Shown: positions 12,714 to 22,243 of the stretch, one piece after another
Numbering within the stretch: the first letter of the stretch is position 1
Layout of the letters: the number at the start of each line of letters is the position of its first letter
From: Spirochaetota bacterium
GTDB taxonomy: Bacteria > Spirochaetota > UBA4802 > UBA5550
Reading direction: 5' to 3'
Assembly: GCA_050298055.1 (NCBI GenBank)
Contig: JBNKTL010000001.1
Coordinates: 102,979-166,978 of the forward strand
DNA length: 64,000 bases
Program-made: the position numbers and the translations under genes
Notes under the pieces: model-generated
What the model was told of the DNA's origin: nothing
The model's database searches: none
What the model saw: only the letters and a program-made list of their open reading frames with translations

Positions 12714-15158
12714 GTGCCAACGAAAAAGAATACATCAACGGATAAAATAGTCAATGTTGAAATTGAAGACCAGATGATGAACTCGTACCTCGATTACGCC
12801 ATGAGTGTAATCGTGGGCCGGGCTCTTCCTGATGTCAGGGACGGGTTGAAGCCCGTTCATAGAAGGATTCTCCATGCCATGAACGAGAGGGCCTGGAGAA
12901 GCGACAGGGCTTATGTGAAGTCAGCAAAGATTGTGGGTGAAGTTATCGGTAACTATCATCCCCATGGCGATTCTGCTGTCTATGACACCATGGTGAGGAT
13001 GGCCCAGGACTTTTCCCTGAGAAATCCCATCATTGACGGACAGGGCAACTTCGGTTCCGTGGACGGGGACCCCCCTGCTGCTTACAGGTATACTGAGGCC
13101 AGGCTGAACAAGCTGGCCGAGGAGATGCTCAGGGATATCGACAAGGAGACTGTTGATTTTAACCCGAACTTTGATGAAACACGACAGGAGCCCCGTGTAC
13201 TTCCCGCGGCGTTTCCCAACCTTCTGGTTAACGGTTCCGAGGGAATTGCCGTGGGTATGGCCACAAAGATCCCTCCCCACAACCTGGTGGAGGTCATTGA
13301 AGGTACCATTGCGCTCATAGATAACCCTGCTCTTACCGTCAGGCAGTTAATGAAATATATCAAAGGACCTGATTTTCCCACTGCGGCGTCAATTGTCGGG
13401 TCGGAAGGGATCGTAAAGGCATATACAACCGGAAGGGGCAGCATCACCATCAGGGGCAAGTATGAAGTTGAGTCCGGCAAGAAGGGACGGGACAGCATCA
13501 TCATAAGCGAGATCCCCTACCAGGTCAACAAGGCTTCGCTTATTGCGCGGATTGCCGACCTGGTGAACAACAAGACCATTGAGGGAGTCTCCGCCCTGAG
13601 AGATGAGTCGGACAGAAGAGGCATGCGGATTGTCATAGAACTCAAGAAGGATGCCAACACAAATGTCATTATAAACCAGATATTTAAACACACACAGTTC
13701 CAGAATTCTTTCGGTATTATCTTTCTCGCGCTTGTTGACAATGTGCCCAAGGTCCTGGACCTCAAGGGCCTTCTGAGCAACTACATCCAGCACAGGAAGA
13801 TCGTCATAACCAGGCGTACCCGGTATGAGCTCCGGAAAGCCGAGGAGAGGGCCCACATTCTTGAAGGACTGAAGATAGCCCTTGATAATATCGACGAGGT
13901 TATCAGCATTATCCGCTCATCCAAGACCCCTGATGAAGCGGGAACCCGGCTTATAAAAAAATTCAGGCTTTCAGAAATCCAGGCAAAAGCCATCCTTGAC
14001 ATGAGGCTTCAGAGACTGACATCCCTTGAAGTGAAAAAAATCGAAGATGAACTGAAGGAACTCAAGAAACTTATTAAGGAGCTCAAGGAGATCCTCAAGA
14101 GCGAAACGAAGATCCTGAATATTGTAAAAAATGAACTCAACATCATTAAGGATAAATACGGAGACAAAAGGCGGACAGAGATTGTCATGGGTGAGGCCAC
14201 TACCGATTTTAACGTGGAAGACCTCATCGCCGAAGAGGACATGGTCATATCCATCTCCAATGACGGCTTTATCAGGAGGATCCCCATCGATACCTTTAAG
14301 AAACAGAGACGGGGAGGTAAAGGCGTTATCGGCATGTCTTCCAAGCGTGAAGACTTTATTGCCATGATGACAATTGCCACCACGCATGATATTGTCATGT
14401 TTTTCTCGAACAAAGGGAAAATCTTTGCCATGAAGGCCTACGAGATCCCTCTTGCAGGAAAAAGCAGCAGGGGGAGAAATATCAAGGGGATACTCAACCT
14501 CTCATCCGGTGAAGGCATCACCGCTGTCTGTGCCGTGGGTGATTTTGAAGGGGATGACTATCTCTGTATGGTTACAAGGGAGGGTATCCTGAAAAAGTCC
14601 GATATCGGTAACTTCATAAATGCCAAAAAGGGAGGGATCATTGCCATCAACCTCAAAAAGAATGATGAACTGGTTGATGTAAAAGTCGTGGAGAAGGGAG
14701 ATGATATCGTCATTGCCACAAAAAGCGGAAACCTTTTAAGAACAAACCTCCTGAAGATGAGGGCAATGGGAAGGACAGCGGCAGGAATTATCGGTATGAG
14801 GCTTACAAAAGACGATATGATCATAGGACTGGATGTTGTTAAACAGAACTCCTCTCTCTTTGTCATAAGCCAGAAGGGTTTTGGAAAAAGGATCAACTAC
14901 CAGAACTTTACCGCAAAAGGGAGAGGCGGCAAGGGGATGACATATCTCAAGGTTTCTGATAAAAACGGTCCTTCCATCGGAATCAGGTCTGTTTATATGG
15001 AAGATGAAATTATTATTATCTCCAAGAATGGAATGACAATAAGACTGCAGGCAAAGGACGTGTCCACACAGGGAAGGGCAACGGTGGGAGTCAAGCTTCT
15101 TGATGTGGGAAACGATGATATGGTTTCAGATTTTGCCGTCATATCAGAAGAGAAATAG
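12714..15158 (+). CDS. gyrA: DNA gyrase subunit A
   Basis: RALPDVRDGLKPVHRR, YHPHGDSAVYD, AAYRYTE, GyrA-box QRRGGKG. Confidence 0.99.
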   Translation: MPTKKNTSTDKIVNVEIEDQMMNSYLDYAMSVIVGRALPDVRDGLKPVHRRILHAMNERAWRSDRAYVKSAKIVGEVIGNYHPHGDSAVYDTMVRMAQDFSLRNPIIDGQGNFGSVDGDPPAAYRYTEARLNKLAEEMLRDIDKETVDFNPNFDETRQEPRVLPAAFPNLLVNGSEGIAVGMATKIPPHNLVEVIEGTIALIDNPALTVRQLMKYIKGPDFPTAASIVGSEGIVKAYTTGRGSITIRGKYEVESGKKGRDSIIISEIPYQVNKASLIARIADLVNNKTIEGVSALRDESDRRGMRIVIELKKDANTNVIINQIFKHTQFQNSFGIIFLALVDNVPKVLDLKGLLSNYIQHRKIVITRRTRYELRKAEERAHILEGLKIALDNIDEVISIIRSSKTPDEAGTRLIKKFRLSEIQAKAILDMRLQRLTSLEVKKIEDELKELKKLIKELKEILKSETKILNIVKNELNIIKDKYGDKRRTEIVMGEATTDFNVEDLIAEEDMVISISNDGFIRRIPIDTFKKQRRGGKGVIGMSSKREDFIAMMTIATTHDIVMFFSNKGKIFAMKAYEIPLAGKSSRGRNIKGILNLSSGEGITAVCAVGDFEGDDYLCMVTREGILKKSDIGNFINAKKGGIIAINLKKNDELVDVKVVEKGDDIVIATKSGNLLRTNLLKMRAMGRTAAGIIGMRLTKDDMIIGLDVVKQNSSLFVISQKGFGKRINYQNFTAKGRGGKGMTYLKVSDKNGPSIGIRSVYMEDEIIIISKNGMTIRLQAKDVSTQGRATVGVKLLDVGNDDMVSDFAVISEEK

Positions 15159-15296
15159 AGGAGAATGAAACATGGGGAGAGTTGTGATATTTATAAAACT
15201 TGCAGTCATTGTGACACTTCTGACTTTTTTTCTCAACCCGGTTGTTGAGAGAGTCCTGTTCATGATCGACAATATCTAAATATCCAGCCGAAGGAA

Positions 15297-16172
15297 TTAC
15301 ATTTTCCAGTAGCTTATTCTGCGCACAATCATCCAGGAGTCCCTGGATGGCGGCCCTCCCCCCCATTTGGGATTACCCGTCCATGTATTAAGATGAATAT
15401 TCCCTGTCCCGGATTTCACAGGTGATCCTTCACGTGAAGAGAACCCGGTTATGATTTTTCCGTCTATGGTAAAATCTATTCTCTTCTTTGTCCAGATGAA
15501 CCCGTAGGTATGAAAATCATCTGCAGGGTTGAAGTTGAGCCGGGCAATTCTGTGGTATTTTGGCGGGAGAAGGTTGTTCCGTGGATGTACAACGAAGTGG
15601 ACCTTGCCCCTGTGCCTGTTGAATTCATCAGTAAGAAATTCAATATCGATCTCCTCACCTTTCTTTTCCGGGTTCATGATAAAGAACGCATTAACAGCCC
15701 CCGGAGCAGATGATGGTTTCATCCTGATCTCATATATTCCGAAGTGAAAGTCTTTTTTTACCGAAACCAGTTCTCCTCCCTCATTTTTCCCGGCAGGAAT
15801 ACCCAGCCTGAGATATCCCCCGTCTTCACCGGAATGGAAAGGCACAGTGTCAACGTTTACCGGTTTCAGCGGACATCTTCCGGGACCTGACCTTTTCGAC
15901 CTCTTCCATATCCCGTCACTGCTTCTGTTGCGTCTGAACCGGATACCCTTAAATTCGTAGTTAAAATCAGGCTGTCCCTCCCTCCCGTGGACTTTCCTGA
16001 GGGACTCTGACCCTGCATAAACGGTCATCTCTCTCATGAATGTTTTATCATATAAGGGGCCGGTATTTAATATTTGAAGAAAAAGGTTCTTTCCGCCTCC
16101 TGCCAGGGAATGGGACGTGAACAGGAATGGCAGCAGAAGTATTGGCAGAATGGTTTTTAATATTTTTTTCAT
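15297..16172 (-). CDS. Secreted glycoside hydrolase family 16 (beta-glucanase-like)
   Basis: Signal peptide; catalytic EIDIE motif; DFHTYGFIWT...FTIDG. Confidence 0.85.
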   Translation of the reverse strand: MKKILKTILPILLLPFLFTSHSLAGGGKNLFLQILNTGPLYDKTFMREMTVYAGSESLRKVHGREGQPDFNYEFKGIRFRRNRSSDGIWKRSKRSGPGRCPLKPVNVDTVPFHSGEDGGYLRLGIPAGKNEGGELVSVKKDFHFGIYEIRMKPSSAPGAVNAFFIMNPEKKGEEIDIEFLTDEFNRHRGKVHFVVHPRNNLLPPKYHRIARLNFNPADDFHTYGFIWTKKRIDFTIDGKIITGFSSREGSPVKSGTGNIHLNTWTGNPKWGGGPPSRDSWMIVRRISYWKM

Positions 16173-16346
16173 AAAAAGTAACGGTTTCCTGTAATATACT
16201 CATTTACAGGTATTATTTCAACCAGGTTAGTACTCAGCCATCAATAAGAATAACAACTGGTATAGTTAAAATATTATCAAGAAAAACTTATTGAATTCTG
16301 CAGTATCCCTGATAATAATCCATTAAAAATCCCCGGGGTAAAGGCT

Positions 16347-17024
16347 ATGAAAAAATTATCATTATTTCTCATTCTCACTTTTATACCGCAGGTTCTCTTA
16401 CCAAACTGGCAGATCTCGGAATACCGCACAAAAACATATGAGAACTTCAGGTCCTATCACGGTTTCAACCGAGTCATTGATGAAAAAAACGTTGATTATC
16501 CCCTCCTGAACGCCGCGGTTTTCTATGTTACAAACGAGGTCCGGGTCAGGCAGGGGAGAAAACCTCTTGAATATGCACCGGAGCTTGAAAAATCCGCATG
16601 GCTCCATTCAAAGGAGATGGTGGAGAAGAACTTTTTCTCGCACAAAAACCCCTTTGTACCCCGAAAGAGAACCCCAGAGCAGAGAGGAGGTCTTGCAGGG
16701 ATAAAAAATCCGAAGATTGCCGAGAACATTGCAACAGGCTTCGGCATCGTATACACTGCAGGAAGACCGGTTTATAACCGGGGAAGCGGCAGGTTCAGCT
16801 ATACTCCCACCGGTAAAATACTTCCCAACCACACGTATCTTTCACTGGCAGAGGCCCTGGTGCGGCAGTGGATGAATTCCCCCGGTCACAGGAGGAACAT
16901 CCTTTCGAAGAACGGGATCCAGCTTGGTTGCGGAGTCTACTTTTACAGGGACAGGAGATTTAATAATATGCTCAAATGTAAAGCCACCCAGAATTTTCAG
17001 TGGTTTATCAGGATCGAGAAATGA
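16347..17024 (+). CDS. CAP/SCP domain exported protein
   Basis: TNEVR, HSKEM..NFFSH, AENIA, WMNSPGHRRNIL. Confidence 0.9.
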   Translation: MKKLSLFLILTFIPQVLLPNWQISEYRTKTYENFRSYHGFNRVIDEKNVDYPLLNAAVFYVTNEVRVRQGRKPLEYAPELEKSAWLHSKEMVEKNFFSHKNPFVPRKRTPEQRGGLAGIKNPKIAENIATGFGIVYTAGRPVYNRGSGRFSYTPTGKILPNHTYLSLAEALVRQWMNSPGHRRNILSKNGIQLGCGVYFYRDRRFNNMLKCKATQNFQWFIRIEK

Positions 17025-17551
17025 CAGAAGAGAAGAGGAGTCACTATGTCTGGACAGGGGATGAAAGACCCCGGATGGGAAAAGGTGTCTTTATGGCAGA
17101 GACGGCAACAGTTACCGGCGATGTAAGACTGGGGGACCATTCAAGTGTCTTTTTTGGTTCGGTTCTCAGGGGTGATATAAACTTTATTTCAGTGGGAGAG
17201 AGGAGCAATATCCAGGACCTCTGTTGTCTTCATGTTGCAGATGAACATCCCTGTATTGTGGGAAATGATGTCGTGGTGGGTCACAATGTGGTTCTTCACG
17301 GGTGCACGGTTGAGGATGCGGTACTCGTAGGGATAGGCGCGATTTTGCTCAATGGAGTAAAGGTCGGATACGGAAGTATTATCGGTGCCGGAACTCTCCT
17401 TACCCCGGGTACTGAGATTCCCCCCTATTCTCTTGTCTTCGGTTCTCCCGGGAAAGTCGTTCGGTCCCTTACGGAAAATAATGTGAAGGAAACAATTTTC
17501 ATGGCAGAAAAATATCTTCGGGTTAAGGATAACTATTTGAAAAAAAAATAA
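17021..17551 (+). CDS. Gamma carbonic anhydrase family (hexapeptide repeat) protein
   Basis: GDVRLG, VLRGDIN, SNIQD..LH, VGHNVVLHGC; start set at ATG 17021 (ATGA overlap with upstream stop). Confidence 0.9.
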   Translation: MTEEKRSHYVWTGDERPRMGKGVFMAETATVTGDVRLGDHSSVFFGSVLRGDINFISVGERSNIQDLCCLHVADEHPCIVGNDVVVGHNVVLHGCTVEDAVLVGIGAILLNGVKVGYGSIIGAGTLLTPGTEIPPYSLVFGSPGKVVRSLTENNVKETIFMAEKYLRVKDNYLKKK

Positions 17552-17568
17552 GGCGGGTAAATTATTTA

Positions 17569-18489
17569 ATGATGACAATAAACAGGCTCGATATCTCTCA
17601 CAGGGAACTGGTTAACGGTTACTTTAAAAGATATCCGCCGGAAATATCCGAACACACCTTTACAAATCTCTTTGTGTGGAGAAAGTTCCGCCCTGTCTAT
17701 TTCATTGAAAAAGACGATTCACTCATTTTTTTTATTAAAAGAGAGAACCCCGGGGAACAGGAGATCATCCTCTTTGGTCCGCCGGCGGGAGAGATCTCAA
17801 TTGATGATATTCTGGAGAATAAAGATTTCAGGATTACAGGTGCAACCCGTCTCACAGAAAGTACCATTGGGGCTTTCATGAAAAAGCGGATAAACCTGGA
17901 GGATGACAGAGACAACTCCGATTATCTCTACCGTGTCGATGACCTAGCCACTTTTTCGGGACGAAAGTTTTCAAGGAAACGAAACCACATTAAAAGATGC
18001 CTTGAGGCCCATGATTGCGTTTATGAAGAAATAAATGATGAGTCCATGGGAGAGGTCAGGGAGATGCATGAGCGGTGGTGCAGGTCAAGAGGCTGTTTTG
18101 ATGATCCTGACCTGGTCAAGGAATATGAAGCGGTAAGGGAGGCCCTGGAACATTTTTCCCTGTTCAGGCTTACCGGAGGAATTATAAGGATCAACGGACA
18201 GGTTGAGGCATTTGCCGTGGGGGAGAAACTCAACCCGGAAACGGCTGTCTGGCATTTTGAAAAGGCAATGAGAGAGTTCCACGGGCTTAACCAGCTGATT
18301 ACACACTGGTTTGCAAAATACAGTCTGGGTGATTTTCAATATGTAAACAGGGAGCAGGACCTGGGAATTCCCGGACTGAGAAAGGCGAAGCAGAGCTACT
18401 TTCCCCATTCACTTTTGAAAAAGTATAATGCGGTTTTTACGGGCTGTAAGCCCATACCCAGGTGCATGGTTCACTTTTGTGAGGATTGA
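17569..18489 (+). CDS. DUF2156 family protein (GNAT-like aminoacyl transferase domain)
   Basis: SEHTFTNLFVW, DRDNSDYLY, GRKFSRKRNH, HFEKA, VNREQDLGIPGLRKAKQSY. Confidence 0.85.
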   Translation: MMTINRLDISHRELVNGYFKRYPPEISEHTFTNLFVWRKFRPVYFIEKDDSLIFFIKRENPGEQEIILFGPPAGEISIDDILENKDFRITGATRLTESTIGAFMKKRINLEDDRDNSDYLYRVDDLATFSGRKFSRKRNHIKRCLEAHDCVYEEINDESMGEVREMHERWCRSRGCFDDPDLVKEYEAVREALEHFSLFRLTGGIIRINGQVEAFAVGEKLNPETAVWHFEKAMREFHGLNQLITHWFAKYSLGDFQYVNREQDLGIPGLRKAKQSYFPHSLLKKYNAVFTGCKPIPRCMVHFCED

Positions 18490-18518
18490 TTTATTGACAT
18501 ATCTAAAAACCGGTAGTA

Positions 18519-19445
18519 TTATTTCAGGGTTTGAAAAAATTCCCTGAAATCCGGAGGAAATGGAGTTCTCAGGAGCATATCCTGTCCCTTGCCCGGATGA
18601 AAAAAACGAATGCTGTATGAGTGGAGTGCGGATCGGTGAAAACCGGTTTTTTCAATGAGTTCCTCACTGTTCCCCTTCTCAATAAACTCAAGGTAATGTT
18701 TTTCATCAAGGCCGTAGAGCTTATCACCCAGGATAGGGAAACCCGAATGTTCGCAGTGAACACGGATCTGGTGTGTCCGTCCGGTGACGGGGACCGCCTT
18801 GAGAAGAGAGAAACTTCCCCTGGAGTAGAGCAGAGAAAAAACTGTTTCCGCATGTTCATCTGCTCCCTCATAGGCCTTTCTCTTTTTTCTCACTTCTGAA
18901 ACGGGATTATTTCCAATGGGGGTCTTATCGGTAAATCTCCTCTCTGCCGGAATACCCTGAACGATTGCAAGGTATGACTTTTTTACCCTGTGAAAATTTC
19001 CCTGAAGGGCGGAAGCGGTATCCCGGTCCTTCGCAAAGAGTATGATCCCCGATGTCTCCCTGTCGAGCCTGTGTACCGGGTAGAGTGCCGTTTTGTAATC
19101 ATCTTCAAGAATTGTCAGCAGTGTGTTTTTGAGGAAAACTCCCGATGGATGGACTGGGAGGTTCCCTGGTTTGTCCACTGCGAGGATCTGACTGTCCCGG
19201 TAAACCTCTCTGTAGTTACGGAGGACTTCCGGTTCAGGTTCATCCCTGCCACTGTATGACAGGATATCACCGGTCCTGACCCGCTTGTGGTGGTTGCCGA
19301 GTTTTTTCCCGTTGAGAAGAAGCCTTCCTTCTGATATCTCGTTTTGCCACCGGGACCTGCTGAAGTAGGTGAATCTCTCAGCAAGGTACCTGTCCACACG
19401 GCAGTTGCTGAATTTTTCCGGTACCTGTGAACTGTTTATGATCAT
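18519..19445 (-). CDS. RluA/RluD family RNA pseudouridine synthase
   Basis: S4-like N-terminus, DKPGNLPVHP, VHRLDRETSG, TGRTHQIRVH, GDKLYG. Confidence 0.93.
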   Translation of the reverse strand: MIINSSQVPEKFSNCRVDRYLAERFTYFSRSRWQNEISEGRLLLNGKKLGNHHKRVRTGDILSYSGRDEPEPEVLRNYREVYRDSQILAVDKPGNLPVHPSGVFLKNTLLTILEDDYKTALYPVHRLDRETSGIILFAKDRDTASALQGNFHRVKKSYLAIVQGIPAERRFTDKTPIGNNPVSEVRKKRKAYEGADEHAETVFSLLYSRGSFSLLKAVPVTGRTHQIRVHCEHSGFPILGDKLYGLDEKHYLEFIEKGNSEELIEKTGFHRSALHSYSIRFFHPGKGQDMLLRTPFPPDFREFFQTLK

Positions 19446-19448
19446 CTG

Positions 19449-19621
19449 AAAATCCCCCGCCCTTCGGGCACCCCCTTTAATAAAGGGGGTTAAGATTGTA
19501 AGGAAAGTTCTTCATACAGGCTCTACTTTATTAAAGGTCGGCTTTCTCACGCCTTCCTGTCGCTATGCCGACAGGGTTACTTCCTGTAACCTCGGGAACT
19601 GCCGGAGGTTGAGGAGATTTT
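19449..19621. repeat. REP/REPIN-like element B copy 1, with GGA cassette
   Basis: AAAATCCCCCGCCCTTCGGGCACCCCCTTTAATAAAGGGGG...GGAACTGCCGGAGGTTGAGGAGATTTT; aligns with 20106-20219, 55906-56150 and 62041-62226. Confidence 0.9.
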
Positions 19622-20016
19622 AAAATAATATTTTCTATAGACTCAATTTCATTGCATACTTCATCAAAATTATTAAAAATTTGATAATTAGTAAAACGTA
19701 TTACTTTTAGTCCATAGCCTTCAAGTATTTGAGTTCTGTATTTATCATATTCAATTTCTTCTTTAGTGGAATGTGTGTCTCCATCAATTTCAATTACCAG
19801 TTTTAAACCGGTGCAATAAAAATCAACAATATAGTTATCTATCGGTTTTTGCCTTAAAAACCTGTGCTTAAAACCTCTCAAAAAAGCATACCATATCTTT
19901 TTCTCCGCCTCTGTCATATTTTTTCGCAGTTCACGTGCTCTGTTTTTCAATTTCGGGTTATAGGGAATGTGAAATCCGGTTGTTATTGTGTTTCTTTCCC
20001 TGTTAATTTTCTTCAT
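19531..20016 (-). CDS. DUF559 (Vsr-like PD-(D/E)xK) endonuclease
   Basis: RARELRKNMTEAEKKIW, FLRQKPIDNYIVDFYC, LVIEIDGDTH, G.KVIRFTN; the C-terminal tail is encoded by the repeat. Confidence 0.9.
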   Translation of the reverse strand: MKKINRERNTITTGFHIPYNPKLKNRARELRKNMTEAEKKIWYAFLRGFKHRFLRQKPIDNYIVDFYCTGLKLVIEIDGDTHSTKEEIEYDKYRTQILEGYGLKVIRFTNYQIFNNFDEVCNEIESIENIILKSPQPPAVPEVTGSNPVGIATGRREKADL

Positions 20017-20105
20017 AGCAAGTTTCTATTTTCTTCTCATTCAATGAGATTATAGCTTTTTATGAGCACATATTTATTGTATCGGGAAGTTTTTGTAAAG
20101 AAGAT

Positions 20106-20219
20106 AAATCCCCCGCCCTTTGGGCACCCCCTTTAAAGGGGGTGAAGATTGTATAAGGAAAGTTTTTCTTACTGGCTCCCCTTTAATAAAGGGGAGCTGC
20201 CGGAGGCTGAGGGGATTTT
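20106..20219. repeat. REP/REPIN-like element B copy 2, without cassette
   Basis: AAATCCCCCGCCCTTTGGGCACCCCCTTTAAAGGGGG...GCTCCCCTTTAATAAAGGGGAGCTGCCGGAGGCTGAGGGGATTTT. Confidence 0.9.
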
Positions 20220-20317
20220 CCCAATTTCCTTGACAGGGCGGGAAGTCATATAATAATCTGACCTCCTGTCCATGACATTCCGGCTGGATAACAATTCATT
20301 TATAAAAAGGAACTATC

Positions 20318-20947
20318 ATGAAATTAATAATAAAGCAGATCATTCTGATAATAATTATGTCTCTTATAATGAGCAACCCGGTTTCTGCTGATATGGATAA
20401 AGACAAACTGGACTATAAAGTATCCGAGAATACCTTTGTCAATCCCGGGATAAAGAACATGAACATCAACACCTATCTTGTCTTTCCCGCCATAATTCAT
20501 GCTGCATGGTTAAATAAAAAAAATGAAGAAGTAACGAGGAAAAGTTTTGAACAGAGAAATGCCGATAAGCTCGAACTGATGCTGCTCAGACTGGGATATA
20601 ACTGTGTTGACAGGTCGAAACTGGAGAAAATCCTTACGGAACAGAAGCTTTCACTTTCAGGAGTAACAGTGGAAAACGCAAAAAATATAGGAAAGCTTCT
20701 GGCTGCCGACGCGGTGGTCATTGTGACAATACCGGACACAGGATGGTTCAGCGAACAAAACATGTCGTTTACGAATATCAGTGTCAAGGCCGTATCGGTC
20801 AGAACGGGAAGTATTGTCTGGAAGTCCATACTGAAAGGGACTGTGGCCCATGACTACAAAAAAATCCATGACAGGATTGTGGTGGATCATATTGAGTCGA
20901 AGCTTTACAGGCTGCTGGAAGAGAAATTGAGGAAGCACCTGGAGTAA
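20318..20947 (+). CDS. Exported CsgG/TolB-N-like fold protein
   Basis: Signal peptide; VDRSKLEKILTEQKLSLSG...AKNIGKLLAADAVV...SVRTGSIVW. Confidence 0.65.
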   Translation: MKLIIKQIILIIIMSLIMSNPVSADMDKDKLDYKVSENTFVNPGIKNMNINTYLVFPAIIHAAWLNKKNEEVTRKSFEQRNADKLELMLLRLGYNCVDRSKLEKILTEQKLSLSGVTVENAKNIGKLLAADAVVIVTIPDTGWFSEQNMSFTNISVKAVSVRTGSIVWKSILKGTVAHDYKKIHDRIVVDHIESKLYRLLEEKLRKHLE

Positions 20948-20974
20948 GAAAAGAGATTTTTTTCGGGAGGAGTT

Positions 20975-22219
20975 ATGAAATATCTGGTTGTTGGATCGGG
21001 GGGAAGAGAACATGCCCTTGCCTGGAGGCTCATGTCTGATGGCAGCGCCAGCGAGGTTTATGTGGCGCCGGGTAACGGGGGTATTGAAGACAGCTACAGG
21101 GCGGATATCAGCGGAGATGACTTTGACGGTATTCTTAGGCTTGCCCGGGACAAAAAGATCGACCTGGTGGTTGTGGGTCCCGAAGCTCCCCTGGCCGCAG
21201 GGCTTGTTGACTACCTTGAAGAGAACGGGATCAGGACTTTCGGTCCATCAAAAAAGGCCGCACAGCTTGAAGGGAGCAAGCTCTTCGCGAAGTATATCAT
21301 GGAAAAGTACAATGTTCCCACCTGCAGGCACTGGGACTTTACCGGTAAAAAGGAACTGATTGAACATATAAACGGGGTTACCGATTTTCCCCTTGTCATC
21401 AAGCTTGACGGCCTTGCGGCGGGAAAGGGTGTGGGGATCCCTGAAAACCGTGACGAGGCAATGGATTTTATCAACAGGATGGTTGAGGATGACTCAAAAT
21501 CATTTGTGGAGGAGTATCTTTCCGGTGAAGAAGCATCCATACTGGGGATATCGGACGGTGAAACCATAAAGTCCATGGTGTCGGCCCAGGACCACAAAAG
21601 GATATATGACGGTGACAGGGGCCCGAATACCGGTGGAATGGGCGCCTATGCTCCCGCGCCGGTCATGACGCCGGAGAGACTGAAGAAGGTCCATGAAACA
21701 ATATTGCGTCCCACAATTGAGGGAATGAAAAAGGAGGGCATCCCCTTCAAAGGGGTTCTCTACGCGGGGCTCATGATCTCGGGGAACGATATCAATGTGC
21801 TTGAGTTCAATGTACGTTTCGGCGATCCGGAGATACAGGCGGTGCTTCCTCTCCTGAACGGAAGGCTCGGGGACGTCCTGATAGCGGCAGTGGAAGGGAA
21901 CCTCCACAACGTGGACCTCAGCTTCAGGGAAAAACACGCGATAACCGTGGTGATCTCGTCCGGAGGATATCCCCTTGATTATGAAAAAGGAATGGAGATA
22001 AGGGGACTGGATACGGTAAGTAAAGACCTCATTGTCTTTCACGCGGGGACAAAAAGGGAAAACGGGAAGATCTATACCAATGGCGGCAGGGTACTCAATG
22101 TAACCGGTACAGGAGAAAGTATTAGTGCCGCCAGGGATTTCGTCTATGGAGAGATCGATAAAATCAGCTTTGACGGGGCCTTTTACCGGAAGGATATTGC
22201 TTACAGGGCACTTACATAA
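20975..22219 (+). CDS. purD: Phosphoribosylamine--glycine ligase
   Basis: VGSGGREHALAW, VGPEAPL, LEGSK.FAK, DGLAAGKGV, QDHKR, GPNTGGMGAY, EFNVRFGDPE. Confidence 0.98.
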   Translation: MKYLVVGSGGREHALAWRLMSDGSASEVYVAPGNGGIEDSYRADISGDDFDGILRLARDKKIDLVVVGPEAPLAAGLVDYLEENGIRTFGPSKKAAQLEGSKLFAKYIMEKYNVPTCRHWDFTGKKELIEHINGVTDFPLVIKLDGLAAGKGVGIPENRDEAMDFINRMVEDDSKSFVEEYLSGEEASILGISDGETIKSMVSAQDHKRIYDGDRGPNTGGMGAYAPAPVMTPERLKKVHETILRPTIEGMKKEGIPFKGVLYAGLMISGNDINVLEFNVRFGDPEIQAVLPLLNGRLGDVLIAAVEGNLHNVDLSFREKHAITVVISSGGYPLDYEKGMEIRGLDTVSKDLIVFHAGTKRENGKIYTNGGRVLNVTGTGESISAARDFVYGEIDKISFDGAFYRKDIAYRALT

Positions 22220-22243
22220 AGAGATAAGAGAGTTTAAACACGT

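Noticed and set aside
15428..15440. CTTCACGTGAAG palindrome as parS
   Set aside because: Outer TGT/ACA bases are missing and it lies inside the GH16 gene.
16226..16245. Isolated TTAGTACTCAGCC resembling a family A end; also the small palindrome at ~26942
   Set aside because: No hairpin or second end at the expected spacing; too short to call.
19449..20219. Possible CRISPR array or integron cassette
   Set aside because: Only two long composite repeats around a gene; no regular repeat-spacer period, no cas genes, no integrase and no attC core sites.
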